Shown here: positions 32,877 to 46,305 of the stretch, piece by piece | Layout: the number at the start of each line of letters is the position of its first letter | Numbering within the stretch: position 1 is the first letter of the stretch | Assembly: GCA_049999805.1 (NCBI GenBank) | Contig: JBNGIO010005968.1 | Location: 54,297 to 112,641 of the forward strand | Reading direction: 5' to 3' | DNA length: 58,345 nucleotides | Source: Folioceros fuciformis | Taxonomy: Eukaryota | The notes under the pieces: model-generated | The model's database searches: none | What the model was told of the DNA's origin: nothing | The model's input: the letters and a program-made list of their open reading frames with translations, nothing else | Translations under genes and position numbers: made by a program

Positions 32877-33954
32877 TCAAACTGCTCCAGACGAGTAGTC
32901 TCCCACCATCTTCTGCAGTTGCTGCTTGGAGGCGCCAGTTAATTGCCCTATCAACTTACCCCCCTTGTAGAAATGAAAAGTAGGCTACATTCCACCCATA
33001 CGACATACTGTTACCAAACAGGCGGTGAAAGATTCATACTTGCAGATACCTATCAGCACCATTGAGTAAATCTTACCACTGCAGACACGCCGCCTTGGTT
33101 CACAGATTTTTCCAGTTGTGGCTGAGAGGAGTTGAAATTAAAGTCATTACACCACAGCAGAAATACCTTAGGAAGCACCCAATTCGAATGAACTTACTTC
33201 ATCAATGTCCACTTTGAGAAACGTGACGTTCCCATGCTGTTTACCAAGGTCCTCAACAAAGGGAGCTATCGTTCTGCCTGCAAGAGAAAATGTACTGGGT
33301 CACATGAAAGAAGTTGCAGCATAAAGAGGCGGAGGGGGGGGGGGGGGGGGGTGGAGGGGGTAGAATTTCTCCAGCCACAAACTTACAAGGGCCACACCAT
33401 GCTGCAGTGTAATACACCGTAGCCAAGCCTCCGTTATCTGCAACAATCCGACCACTTCTCAGCTCCTAGGAACGCTTGATGGTAACATATGACAGCAAAA
33501 GGTTCCGTCTCCTACCCTGGGCATCCTTCAAGGCAGAGTTGAAGTGCTGATCATCTTTCACCTGAATGACTTTCTTCGCATCTTCTCGTCCCCTCGTGAC
33601 AAAGCAGACACATAATCAACGACCAAACAAATCGTCCGATTCTCTGCCCCCGCAAAAAAAAAAAACGTCCAAAGCTCTTTCGCTAGTGAATTCTCAGTCT
33701 CCATCATTCAAAAACTAGATAGAACATGCAACCAACTCCAGACCAGCTTGGACTGAAAAGCCACGAGTTGTGTGCTCCCAAGACGCAGGCTCCAGCTGGT
33801 ACCCCCCATGCGCCAGCCTTCCGGCCTCCCTCGACGCTGTTGAGACTGCTGGACGCGGCACGCGGGAAGATGGCCGGGATGCAAAACGCCACTGCCGCGC
33901 TTGCCGGCAAAGCGATCGGGATGCTCTGCCAAGCATGGTTCTCACCGAGCTCAT
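32877..33954 (-). CDS. TRXO: Mitochondrial o-type thioredoxin; exons ~33740..33954, 33516..~33592, 33387..33437, 33198..33277, 33077..33121, 32877..32984
   Basis: Spliced small exons give VIQVKDDQHFNSALKDAQDNGGLATVYYTAAWCGPCRTIAP...FLKVDIDE...VSAVPTFHFYKGGK; Arg/Ser-rich presequence. The exon 1-2 junction and start (33954 or 33936) are uncertain. Confidence 0.88.
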
Positions 33955-34204
33955 CGGAATCGACAACGAAACGTTACCACTTTGACAACGCGGGCATTTA
34001 GGGCTTAGTCGTGTCTTTGGACACTTGGATTAGGACATAAGAATTCACGCGAGTCAGTCAACCTAGATGTGCACGAAAGTACATACATATGTATTTATCT
34101 AAGGCCTAGAAGCTCCTGCACCGAGAAATTTCACTGTGTGCGCTTTTTTCCACACGGTGTCGAAATCACAACCCTTCATTACTTTCCCCAGTACGACGCC
34201 CGAT

Positions 34205-37200
34205 TTACCCTCCAAAGTGTATGCCCTGTGCCAGAGGCAGCGCAGCGCCATAGTTGATGGTGCTGCAGAAGGAAGAAGACAGGTCAGTTTTCAGTGTTGC
34301 ACATAGGGTTCGATCCTGATCGCAGCTGCTCCAATGGCTCCAGGAGGGACTACTACTCACCAAGTCGCTCTGTGCATGTATTGCTTCCAAGAGTCGCTTC
34401 CGGCTTCACGACCCCCTCCTGTGGCTTTCTCACCTCCAAACGCACCGCCTATCTCCGCACCGTTGGTCGGGATGTTGGCATTCACAATCCCACAGTCGCT
34501 GCCTGTCGGCCTGCAAGAAAGGGAAGGGAAGAGGTGTAACAAACCGGGAGCCTCCTGATAGGACCGAAATGAGAAAGAAGATTTGAGATTCCTCACTCAC
34601 CCTATCCATTTGAAAATGGAGCTCACGTTCCGTGTGAAGAGCGAGCTGCTCAAGCCCTGTGGTACGGAGTTGTTGAGCTCGATGGCCTCGTCCAGGTTCT
34701 GTGTTCCAGAACCAAGGGGTTAGGGGAGTGGCGGCAGGACCTGACATGCTTGACAGAAGTGCGAGTGGGAGGAACAAGTGTACCTGGAATTTTGACACAT
34801 AGAGCACGGGGGCAAAGAGCTCTTCACTGACGATGGGGGCGCTGTGCGGAATTTCTACTACTGTCGGTTGAACATAGTTTCCGTCGGCTTCTACAACGTT
34901 TCCTCCAGTTAGGATCACCCCACCCTGATGCAGGCCACGACAGCAATCAGGGACTCAGATCTCTTGCTCAGGTGCTGGGGTGTGGAGTGATAGCACGAAT
35001 TACTTACCTGGGACTTGATTTTCTCGATCCCAGCCAGAAAATGTTGGACGGAGACTTTCGAATGCAGAGGTCCGAGCAGTGTCCCTTCGTGCAGTGGATT
35101 TCCTCTCTTCACTTGCGCGTAAGCTTTGAGGAGGCGTTGGATTACATTATCGTAGACCGTTTCTTGTACCAACTGCAGAAAGTCCTTGTGTCACACTTGG
35201 AAGTCATGCCAACAACTGGGCTATCCCATGGTCGAAAGCATTCGTAAGAGAATCGAGGCGATACCAGGCGACGACATGTTGTGCAGCGCTGTCCCGCCGT
35301 GCCAACTGCTGCGAAGAGGACGGACTGAATTGCGAGGGAGAGATCTGCGTCTTCCAGGATGATGATAGCATTGTTTCCACTTAGCTCCAGTAGGCATCTG
35401 CCAAATCTCGCAGTGACAGCTCTTTGCACGAGCTGCCCAACCTGCACAGGTGCTGAACTAAGCTGTTCATTGGGTGCACTCGCGCATCACCTTCTTTCTG
35501 GCTAAACTCTCGTCACTGACCAGAAGGCAATCACGTACCTTGGTGCTACCAGTGAAGGACACCAGAGGGATCCGAGCGTCGTTGGCTATGGCCTCCCCAA
35601 TTTCAGGTCCTCCACAAACGCAGGTGAAGATGGCACCTGGCAGCCCATTTTTCTCCAAAACATGTGCAATCAACTTGGTAGTCGCAATTGAAACAAGGGA
35701 TGTCGTTGGAGCACCTTTCCTGCAAACCCAGACATAAGCTTTGATGGTAGAACAACTTTACCACGTAAGCAGGAATTTTGGCCAATGTGGGTTTCAAGAG
35801 CAGATCCTACCAAATTACACAGTTCCCACACACCAGAGCAATGCACGCATTCCACCCTGTTTACACGGCATCATGTTCGTCAATTCCAGGTGTTGAGCCA
35901 TGACCAGAAGCGTCGAAACTAGGAGATATTCCAGCATCTTCATCAGCTTCTTCGAAGTACCTCAATCCTACGTTGTAGTAAGGACACATACCCAATACTG
36001 CGCAGGGAAAGTTGAATGCTGTGATCACTCCTACAATTCCAAGCGGATTCCACACCTGTAGGAAATACAGTCTTCTTAATGTATCAGCATGAAGAAACTC
36101 TGGATGCACCTGGTCTGGGAGCTCTGTACCTCCATCATGACATGTTCCGGCCCTGTTGTATAAGAAAGGAGCAAACAGCAGGGTATTTGTCAGTCCATGG
36201 GCTGGTAGCTTTACCCACAACAAAGAGCATTGCCAGGCCATCCACATGCGTTAAAATACTGGGAAGGTATCTAACAGAGGGGAGCATACTTTCGGAGGGC
36301 AGAATAGAGCCATTCAGCTGCCGACTGAGACCAACGGCATAGTCACACATGTCAATTACTTCCTGCATCAATGAGCGCGGTCTTAATTACCTTCCCAATG
36401 CTTAGCATAGCCAACAATCTCAGATAAGTCAACAGCAACGTACCTGGACTTCTCCTATTCCTTCAGCAAGAATCTTGCCCATCTCCAAAGACACAAGTGT
36501 CCCTAATGCAGCTAAGTTGGCTCGCAGGGCTTCTCCTATCTGTCTCACAATCTCTCCCCTCTTTGGCGCTGGAGTCTGCGAAAAAGAGCAGCAATCAGTT
36601 GCGAAGACCCAGAAAAATTCACAAGATGCTTCAGCTAGAGCTAATGTTATCTTACCAACATCCAGCTCTTACGAGCCTCAACTGCTGCTTTCATGCCATA
36701 TTCGTAGTCCTCAAGAGATGCCTCTGTCACACTCGCGATTGGCTGCACATCCAAAAGTACGTTTTACTGACTTGCAACGCTTCTAGAACGCATTTATTCA
36801 TGCCAAAGCATTTGTAGACGACAAGTCGGACTTTCATAGGGTTTCAAGCTGGGAGGGGAGAGACTATGATCATTGCAGTTCTTTGCGGTCCAGGCGAAAT
36901 TGAAGCAATCGGTTCCCCACTTTCTAAACCCGAAGGCCACCAGCAGGAACCCACAGAAGAAAATGCAAAGGCAAGCCAGTGCGCAAGGCGATATCAAGTG
37001 GGTCTATTCAAGGATTCCATCACCCAATTTGAAAGGCTCCAAGGTTCATCGTGGCTGAGTTCAATCAACGAATGCTTGCAACCAGTCCGCACAACAACCT
37101 CTACCATCCCGGACCAGCAGAGGGCGACCTTCGACTACCAGTGCCCTTGCTTGAAAGAAGAAGAGAGAAGCATCGAAGCATCAGTTCTTGCGGAGAGAGC

Positions 37201-37387
37201 AACATCGCAAACCAAGCAGCAGCAGAGGTAGGAAAAAATCCGGAACCTCATTCGTTGCAGGATTGACAGAAATGACCGTAGCGCCGCTGCCCCTCCAGGA
37301 CCCGCCCACGTAGCAGCCCGAATTTTGTGCCTGCAGCCCGAGCTGTCGCAGGAATCCATACTCCTTGCTCTCCAAATCCACCCCCAT
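34205..37387 (-). CDS. ALDH7B4: Aldehyde dehydrogenase family 7 (antiquitin/ALDH7B), multi-exon
   Basis: [103 protein letters not shown]. Confidence 0.95.
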
Positions 37388-37709
37388 CCCTCTCAATTGC
37401 GCTTACAGCTATCGTAATTCCAGGAGCCCAACAATGGAGGCCTAGAAAGGTGCCCGATGCTTGCAGAATGCTGGAATTCCAGCACGCTGAGGGAGACAAA
37501 TCCTCAAAAGAGAGCATGTGCCGTGCGTGCGCTTTCTCTTGGGTCGCTCTGGCTTTTCACCTTCTCATCTCACTTTTCACTTTTCATCTGTTGCAGACTC
37601 CAGTTGAGTTTCCCTTCCGAGACCAGGGACAGATCGGCGACGACGGTGGACAGGAGCAAGCTACGGTCACCTGGCAGGCTCTTCCTCCTAGTCGTCCTCG
37701 CTAAATTGT

Positions 37710-39966
37710 ATGGTAATGGCCACTTCGTTAGCGGTGCTGGCTATTATGCGGGCCGCCAGGCCCCGGCTGAACGCACCTCACGAACGGGTGGCCTTCGCCA
37801 TCCATGCGGCCTTTCTAGCCGCTGGATTTTCTCTCACTGCCGTTGGGTCCAAGGCATCGTCCCTTGGTGCTGTTCCTGGTGAAGGTGCAATCTCTGTCCA
37901 GTCTGAGCCTGCTTGAAAAATTCTCCCTCTTCTCCACGGCCCGAGATTTGCACTGGCCATGAACCATTTGAAACAGACCTCCCCCCTCCCTGTTTGTCAC
38001 CAGCTGCTCCTCCTTGTGATCTGATGTCCAATGCGCGATTCCGGGTTTCTGACGGGCGTTAGTGGGATTGGGTGATGCTTGCCTGCGGGCTTAAACCCCT
38101 CCAAAACCTTGATCTGAGAGATCTGACACTGAGGTTGCCCATGTCTTGTCGTTGCAGACGAGGATGATGTTGGTCTCGAAGGATGGGACGACATGGAGGG
38201 TGCTTTCACATTCCGCTACAGTGGTGCCAGTCGGCCAGATCTAGTTAGGTCGGTCATTGTGAGAATGATAACCATGGGTGACATGCTTATGGTGGATGCC
38301 GCTCCGCTGTGGGATTCAGACGATATGTCAAGTCCTCAAGGACCGTACCACGTGGAGATCAAGTAAATTTGCACGAATGACTTTTTCATGCTCCTTTGAT
38401 GCAGGACATGGTTTTACTATCCATCATCCTGATGTGTTGGCTAGGTAACATCCAGCCATTGACACAAGTCCTTTCGACCTTCTGTGAGACAACAGCGGCA
38501 GCTGGGCTGACGATGGATGTTGAACAGGGCCTCAAACTATGCGACGCAAGAAGACACAAGCAACTATCACCATCAGTTTTCGAATTTGGAGGGTTTAGTG
38601 CATGCAGTCACTGAAGCACTTCTATCTAAGCTTTCCAGAGGATTTGCTCCGTCTGCGAAGTATGTTACGGGAGGCTAAGAGCACAGTAGCCATCGTTCCA
38701 GTGCATGCTAAAAGTGACCATGCTGCCTTTAAGTGGGTTTCTTACCATGTTCTGGCTGCAGTGCTGGAGATGGAAGTGCAACGAGAGGAGACTCCAGGCT
38801 ACCCTCCTGGGCAGCAGTACCTGGATACGATGGTCCACATCCCCCACCTGTGTAGGTTTCAGCCCTGATGGGTTTCCTGGCATGATAGGTTTGCGGGTGG
38901 TCTGTCTATCGTCAGGGGTGAAGGGAGCCTCTTGTTGACGCAGAAACGAAGTCGGCTGACGTGCTGTGCGGGCTCTCACAGGTTTGTGCTACCAGGTCCT
39001 GCTTACGGCGGTAGTGATTTGTTCCCAGGACTGGGTGCAGGTGTCTTCCCCAGGTACACACTAGACTGTCCTCCATGTCTACAGTGAAGTCAAGTCCCTG
39101 ACGTGTTTCACCTGTGCAGGCTGCACCTCTTTCCACTACCAGCTAACTTCATTGCCTGCTGGTGCAGGAGGAGTGGTCGGGGCTTCGATGCAGGAATGCT
39201 GATCGGTAGGGATTCTTTGGCACTGGAACTGCTGATTCTTGCTTGCATTGCGATTTTATAATTTCGGCAAACAGCCGTGTTCACACAGACTGCACTACTA
39301 GTGGTGGGAGGAAGGATGCTGCCTAACTGGAGATCCCTCCAATTTAGTCTGACTAATTAGCTAGCCATCACCTCCTTCCAAGCAGTCCTTGTGACGTGAA
39401 AGTAGTCCCTAGCAGACCGACATGAGTGTTCAGGTGTGAAAGGGCTTGCAGCTAACACGGCTCAAAGTAGGTTAAGATGTGTAGCGAAATGCGACGGAGG
39501 TGAGCATTTGCATGTCTTGATTTGGGGTAGGACCCTTGCAGGTTCCGGTGATCCAAGGTGGGGACAAGGGACTCCTGATGTGACTGGTTTCGCTGGAGAC
39601 CCTGTGTAAGTCATTTGTGCTGGACTGAACCCGCGTCTGTGCATTCCAAAACACATTTGGCCTGTGCGCGAAACTCTTGTGTAACCCTCCACTGAAGGCA
39701 AGCTAGTGGCGTGGGATGCAGAAGTATGCCACCACAAGGTGCAAGGTTTGATCCATTCATGCCTCCTCCTCTAGGCGCTGATCCCAGCCCCTTCCCGAGG
39801 TTCGTCACGTTACCTCTCCATTTCAACTGTAACCTAGGGTAAGCAAGCAAGTACTTTTTCTCAACCGGGGTGCGGCATCTTACAAAGTTCTACCTTGTTT
39901 CTGCTTTGGCACAGACAAGCTTCTGGAGCTCCCCATCCGGACATGGCGCCTTTCTACCCCTTGTAA
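37710..39966 (+). CDS. Proteasome inhibitor PI31 (PSMF1/PTRE1-like), about 9 exons
   Basis: HERVAFAIHAAFLAAGFSL, VGLEGWDD..GAFTFRY, NYHHQFSNLEGLV, GGSDLFPG, GMLIG, PPQGARFDPF, HPDM; TAA at 39964-39966. Confidence 0.85.
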
Positions 39967-40594
39967 GTGGAGTCGAGGAGCTTGTGCAGTGCTCCTGTTC
40001 ACATGCGCACTCTCTACTTTTTTGTTCACTAGTGAGGCGCTGTGGTTCATGTCGACATGCATTTGGCAAGAACTTTCGTCTTGTGCCTTTTCAGAGGCCT
40101 TGCAAGACGAGAACACTGTTTTTACACGCCGAGCTTCCATCGGGCTCACACACATTCACTGCTTCGTGTCTATATCAGAATGTTGTCCGGTGAGCCTTGC
40201 TGTTCCCTGATGAGTACATGCCAGCACAAGAATCCATCCAGGAGGGAAGCCTATGAATTTGCTCAGTATTCTAGAGAAGACCGATCAGAAAGCATCGCCG
40301 TAGGTGGACTAGTCACGTAGAAAAGAGAAAAATTATATTAACTAGAATAAATATAAAAGGCTAAATTTAGAATGATTATATCTTAGTTCTGGTGTGAATG
40401 TAAAGATATAAAATTATTTTTTATTAAACTTTTAGGAATATTCACTAGATTTTAATGTTGAGGTCATGCTGGGATCAGACCACCTAACAAAAGGTTCCTA
40501 TGATTAATTTTTATTTGATAAAAAATATATACACTAAGCATTTGACATGATGATGTTAGCTAATATGTTGGGTGTCGTTGTTGTGTAGGACAGG

Positions 40595-41146
40595 ATGATA
40601 CTTTGGGCGATGGCGTTTTGGAATGGCCTTCCGAGGTGTAAATTTTCTTTGTCAATCCTGGTGGCGCATAGCCTGATTTGTGCTGTTGTAGTAGGTCAAC
40701 CTCGGCCCGAGCCGCTGCCGTTCCCGAATGTAATGCGGGTTTGGCACAGTTGTGGGGAGCGTTTGGACGAAATGGACAGCAGAACGTATTTTGTTCAAAA
40801 AGCAGTGCAGGAGCTTGTGACCAGAAGTGTGCAGAACTATCCTCTGGGTCTTCCATATTATGCGATCATCTCACTGTTCAATCAGAATTTATGGGGTGTG
40901 GCCACCTGCTACCACCCGAGGAGAACTATGAGAGCACCTCAGCAATGTCTCAGTTGCCTCACTGTCCTGAGAAGTGTACTATTCGAGGAGTGTCATCTTG
41001 TGACATCCGCAGCTTATCTCTTGGCAGACTGTTACTTGTACTACACACTCACTCAACCCAGGGCCTGCCCTAACGTACCACCCAACCGGGGAACTATGAT
41101 GGGAGAACAGTTCTTCCGGGCTCCGTCGGAATCGTGTTGGACTTGA
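40595..41146 (+). CDS. Secreted Gnk2/DUF26-like cysteine-rich protein, copy C (divergent, with C-terminal extension)
   Basis: Hydrophobic leader, WHSC, LWGVATC, CLSCL, EEC, AAYLLADCYLYY; intronless. Confidence 0.68.
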   Translation: MILWAMAFWNGLPRCKFSLSILVAHSLICAVVVGQPRPEPLPFPNVMRVWHSCGERLDEMDSRTYFVQKAVQELVTRSVQNYPLGLPYYAIISLFNQNLWGVATCYHPRRTMRAPQQCLSCLTVLRSVLFEECHLVTSAAYLLADCYLYYTLTQPRACPNVPPNRGTMMGEQFFRAPSESCWT

Positions 41147-41277
41147 ATTGATCACTCTGTTTCGAGCCTGTGTTGGTGCAGCCCATTCTATGCCCAGAGA
41201 GCCAGGTGGGAATAAAACTTACTGTCATCAATGAATGATGGATTGTGTATGAGAGAATACGACAGTGTCAAGTTGTG

Positions 41278-44200
41278 TCACGACAGCTCGAACCCAGCGT
41301 TGCTTCGAATTGCGTAGCGTAGTTTCTCCCGTAGTGTGCTTGAACGTCTGTACGTTGGAAGCTGCCACGGAAGGAAAGATGCGTGAGTGACCCTTTCGAG
41401 AAGGGATTGAAAACGATCATGTATCATGACGCTGAACTTGCGGCGGGTGGAAGCACGAACGTACCTTTAATGTGTTGTAGCATGTGGATGCTGATGGCAA
41501 CCTTTCCACGTCCTGTCCACCGACAATTGCCCAGAATGGGGTGTCGCAGACTACCTGGATTTGCCGAAGAGGTCATTACCCATCCGGCGACTCACAAGGT
41601 ATCTCATTGCTTAGAACAACGCAAACCAAAGTGCTTGACAACCTTGTGAATGGTGAACTGGGGCTGGAGATGTTTGAAGCCGAGCAAGGGTGCTCGAGAG
41701 CAGCTAGTCACAAATTTGAGAAGCGCACAGCGTTCTTGGGGTTCCAGGCCACTAACTACCTGCACAAACAGAAGGTGGGGTTACCACAGGCCTGTGCCAA
41801 GAACCAGGTGCCCCATTACATCAGAGAACTAGCAAAACAACCTTCCAGAACATGCGCACGGTGTCGCTGGTTTCCTTGTAACCTCCCGAGTATCGCGTGT
41901 TGGCCCTTAGGTCATCAATATCAAAGTCGTTCTCTCCACCTGACAAGAGCTATTTTAGAGTTCAGATTACGGAGCAAGAAACGCGTCCTCTAGGCAAAAT
42001 CCCGCTGCTCTGACATTCTCACATCATCAATGCACTTCACAGACTTGAACCTGATTGAACTCCTTGGCATTGAAGAGCCCTAGCCAAGAAGGTGCTATCA
42101 GGTCTGACAACCCTCTTGAAAAAGCATCCATGATTGGCTTCATCTGCGAAACAAGTTGCTTCGCTCATATTTCGTATCTCCATGACGTGCAAGTTACCAA
42201 GTGAAGGACAGAGAAAAATCACATCGCACCTGCCTGTTGAGCTTATAGAATGCAACTGCATGCACATAATGTAGCTTATTCTCATTGGTGACCGCCACAT
42301 CTGCACCACCTGGTCTAAGTTCCACAACAGTGCGTTTCCCAAAAAGCTCCTCAGTGACGGTGAAATCCAAGGCGAGATCCCTAGCATCACCCTCGTAGTG
42401 CTGTCATCGTATCCATTCCATTTTAGTTCAACACCAGGGCCGCGCCGCAGGCAACAACAAACCAGTCAACACAATAACATACCTTGAGGTACATAAGATT
42501 TCGATGAAGCTCAGCATCCAGGCTTGAGAGCTCATCGAGAAAGCTACATCGCTGAAGCAGTTTCGAGACAAAGAGAGTTGAAAACGAGTATTCCAGCAGT
42601 ATACCCTCGTACAAAGCTTTACCAACTATTCTCCCCAGAAACTCTATCATCTGGAGACCATGCCCTAGACTGGCTGCTGCTGGATGGGGATACAGCAGTC
42701 CCTCCTCTGTATCTGTCTGCCTGAACAAGCCATACCTGCAAGCCGGTGAATCAGAAAATGATCCTCAACAGGGCTTACTCGAGTGCCTTCGGTGAGCTCA
42801 GGACCAATCAAGCTCCTTGCAAAGCTTATACAAGTTTGGGTGAGAGAGTACCCTGGATCGAATGCGGCCTTTGCAAGATCTGTGAGAAATTCCTTGAAAA
42901 GACCTCCATAGTCAAGACCTGCTTCCGCAAGTCCATGCTCGTTCACAAATGATACATTCACACAGCACTTGAGTTTTGATCCCAAAGGATTCAGTTGGGC
43001 AAAACCATCCTCCACAATGTGGTTCCGTCTAAGAGCTATCTCGATGGTTCCTCGACCCAGTCCAGGAGCATCACCCCCAATCCTCTTGAGCATCTTGTCT
43101 GCCCTTACGAACTCTCGAAATATCCGTACCCTACATTGACAGAAAATGGGTAAGTTGTTTACAGGAAAATGAAAATCAGTCCAATAAAAAAACAAAGATG
43201 GAATATGAGCAAAAAGAACACCTTTCATCGAAGGGCAGAACATGAGGGATTGTAGTCAGCACAACACCCAGGGCTGGAGCTTGCGATACTTCTCCATTTT
43301 TCCCTGAGGCTACTGCAACTTCATGAGCTCTTGCTGCTGCTGCCGTGGCAAGATGTGTGGTTGCTGCAGGAGCAAGCCATAATGACGGATGACAGAAACT
43401 TCGTCTACAATCCCGTTCGTACAGTGAGCGTAAACATCTGACAGCTGCATCCATAAGAAACGACTGCCTGTACTTCGCAGCTGAGAAAAACCCATTGTAA
43501 ACCATTGTATTGAGGGTGGCTGAGATCACCCTTTGCTGCGCTAGAGTGAAAGGAGCCTGCCGACAGTTTTGAGATCAGTTAGAAACCCATCTTTTAATGC
43601 CAATCATCACGACTTTGTCAAACCTAGGTTGACAGAACGCAACAACACTTGAGGTGACAGACTGAAACAGTCAGGAATGGAAAGCAGTTCCCAGGGTTTT
43701 AGCCTTCAGACCGCCCAAGAAGCCAATGAGGGTGCAGAAAAGTCATCTACATACCTGTCGCTCATAGAACTCCTCATCATCCACTACCATCAGGAGATGC
43801 GCATACACGGCACAGAAAAGTGAAAGGACCGGAACAGCACTCTCAGGGACACCAGCAGGTCCTCGTTTCATTGCAGGTACATCCCACTGCTGACTGCCAG
43901 GCTGTTGGCTCGGCTCAAGAACAGGCTCAGCAGCTGATGTGCTTGCATCAGCACTGACGCTCTTGAACTTCATCTTCGTCACTAGTGATGTGGCCCAGTT
44001 ACTCTTCACGCTTTTCTCTTCTTCGTCAGGAACTGCTTTCTTGCTGGCCAACATGTCCATAGTCAACTCCGAACCAGGATGGGATTTCGCCCCAGCGTCC
44101 TTGACACTTCCAAGGTTGAGAGTGGAATAAATCCACTCCCAGAATTGTGGCAACAGTGACTGAGTGAAAGCCAACATGTTGAGAACAGGAAGGGCCCCAC

Positions 44201-46305
44201 CAAAGGAGTTCAAAGCTGAGAACACTGTTAACAGACTAGAATAAAGCTTGGCCACCTCAGAAAGTCCAAGCACTTTCCTCATGTTTGCACCTTGGGTGAC
44301 AACCTGGTTTGACGCTACATTCAGTAACTCCATCAGGTGCCAATGCTGATGCATTGGTTTCAACAATTCCACTAACAGCGTGACAATATGATTGCTGTTG
44401 CTTTCGGTACCATCCTCATGATTGCCAGTGTCTGAGATATCGTAATCTACGTCTCTGCGGGTTTGACTATCCACCCAAGGCGTCAAGTCATCTAGTAGAC
44501 AACACAGAGCCTGAACATACTCCTCGCAGCTTAGGCCTTTCACAAACTGCCCCTCGAAATCTTCGCTTTTGCCAGAGCTTTGTCCTGCTGCAGTTGCCAA
44601 ATTAACAATATTCGCCAAGGCCCACGCTGAGCAAGGAATTCCTTCATACTCTGGATCAGTTTGTTGTAAGGGAACTTCGGCTGTTGAAGAGCGGGGTGCA
44701 GCTGAGAAAGTGACTTTGGACAGACCCTTGATAGGTACCTGGGACAAAGAAGACACGGCATACAGTTACCTGAATACAAAGTTGCCCCCAAAACCCATGT
44801 ATAAGAACAGAATTCCACAGCAGCCAGGCCATGAACTCAAAGGGCAGGACTAGTACCCCAAAGGACCGTAGGCATGGGCCCAAGGTAGTAGAATGCTGAA
44901 GTGCACGCACAAGAGGAGCAGGAAGGCGCTGTGCTAAGAAGGGTACAGTTAAAATTTGCAAACAGAATTGCGCTGCTGCTCTGGCTGCCGCAGCTCTGTA
45001 GTCCTTTAACTGGTCAGCAGCCTCAGCTTGAGATTCTGTACTAGCTACAGAAAGAACAACTAGAGGACGCAATGCCAAGGTTATGGCACTGGTTGTTATG
45101 ATCAATAGTGGGGATCCATTCTGCTCAGAATTCTTCCCTGAAGCTGCACAGTTTGTCGACAAGTATGTGCGTACAGCGTGGTACAGCCCAGCATTTCCTT
45201 CCGCCAGCCATTCCAAAAGGCCTAGCACCACTTGATCAGCTTTCGTCCTGCTATCCTTCAACCCAGGTTGAAGAAATTTCCATGTACTGGTGTCTGTGAG
45301 CTCAACTAACAACCGCACTGACAGGGCCAGCAGAGGAGTCGCAGCCCCTTCCAGGCGTGGAGACACGTAGTTGCTTTTAGACAAGATAGCACAACAGACG
45401 CTCAAAAGCTTTCGAACTTGATGCAGCCATATGCTTTGATCTTCTCGGGAGCCTATGACAAGAACACAATAATTGTGCTGCGGGTCTGCCAACACCCACA
45501 CCCGTCAACGTCAATGCCAAGCTCCCCCACCGCCCACAGCAATCCAAGCTAAAAGCACCCTACCAGAGCAATTGATACTGTCAAGAAGAATCCGAAAGCA
45601 CGTTGCCAATCGAAGAGAATCCTTAACATCTGTGCCTCGTGCTCCACAAGAGGACTGGCCGATGAAGAAGAGGACAGGACGGACAACACGATCCGCCACT
45701 TCCTTGGCACTGAATAGGGAAAACTTGTCTGAGTGCTGAAGAACCTTAGCATCCCACTCCGCCCGTGCCTCATCCGCTACCTTTCGAGCAACATTGCAAC
45801 TTCTCCAGACACGCTGCATTCGGGAAAAACCGATCCAGTTTACATCCAAGCCACTCCAACTGCACCGACCTGCTCCTTCTCACCAAATCCGCAGCTCAGC
45901 AACCACATACCTGTATTAATAGGGCAGAGGCGGCGACCTTCTTAGCATGTCCCCGAGACGCCCTCTCCTGAGCAACCTTCTCCAGCAACACATCCCTGCT
46001 CACCTCCCTCGCGCTGGCACCTCTCAGAGATACCTGCCCACCACAACCCAAAACCGAAGATGGCAATGAAGGGCACAGCACAAGCACGGCCCATTGGAAC
46101 CCACGCAGATCACCAAATAAACAACAAACAAGCCCCCGAGAGGAAATTGCGCACAGATGACGCAGGGAGGAAATCCACAGCACCCTAAAAGCCAACCACA
46201 ATTCTGCGAATTGTGATCCTCACCCATAGCTTGCCACCCCCGTCCACCAGCACTCAAATTCAACCCAAGGTGACGTACCTGGCGGCCTTTGCTGTGTTGC
46301 ATCAT
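41278..46305 (-). CDS. UPL7: HECT E3 ubiquitin ligase UPL7 (UBE3B/C-like, IQ + HECT), multi-exon
   Basis: [55 protein letters not shown]-terminal [27 protein letters not shown]-stop (41278-41280); 27-nt first coding exon 46279..46305. Confidence 0.92.

Noticed and set aside
33748-33760. TTGGACTGAA (miR319-like) and TCGGACCAGGC near 21982 (miR166-like)
   Set aside because: Only 10-11 nt matches within coding exons, with no precursor hairpin.
34300-34330. GGGTTCGATCC, resembling a tRNA T-loop
   Set aside because: No D-arm, anticodon arm or acceptor stem; lies in an ALDH7 intron.
36743-37246. ALDH7 first intron (~500 bp) as a possible snoRNA host
   Set aside because: No convincing C/D or H/ACA box arrangement seen; long first introns are common.
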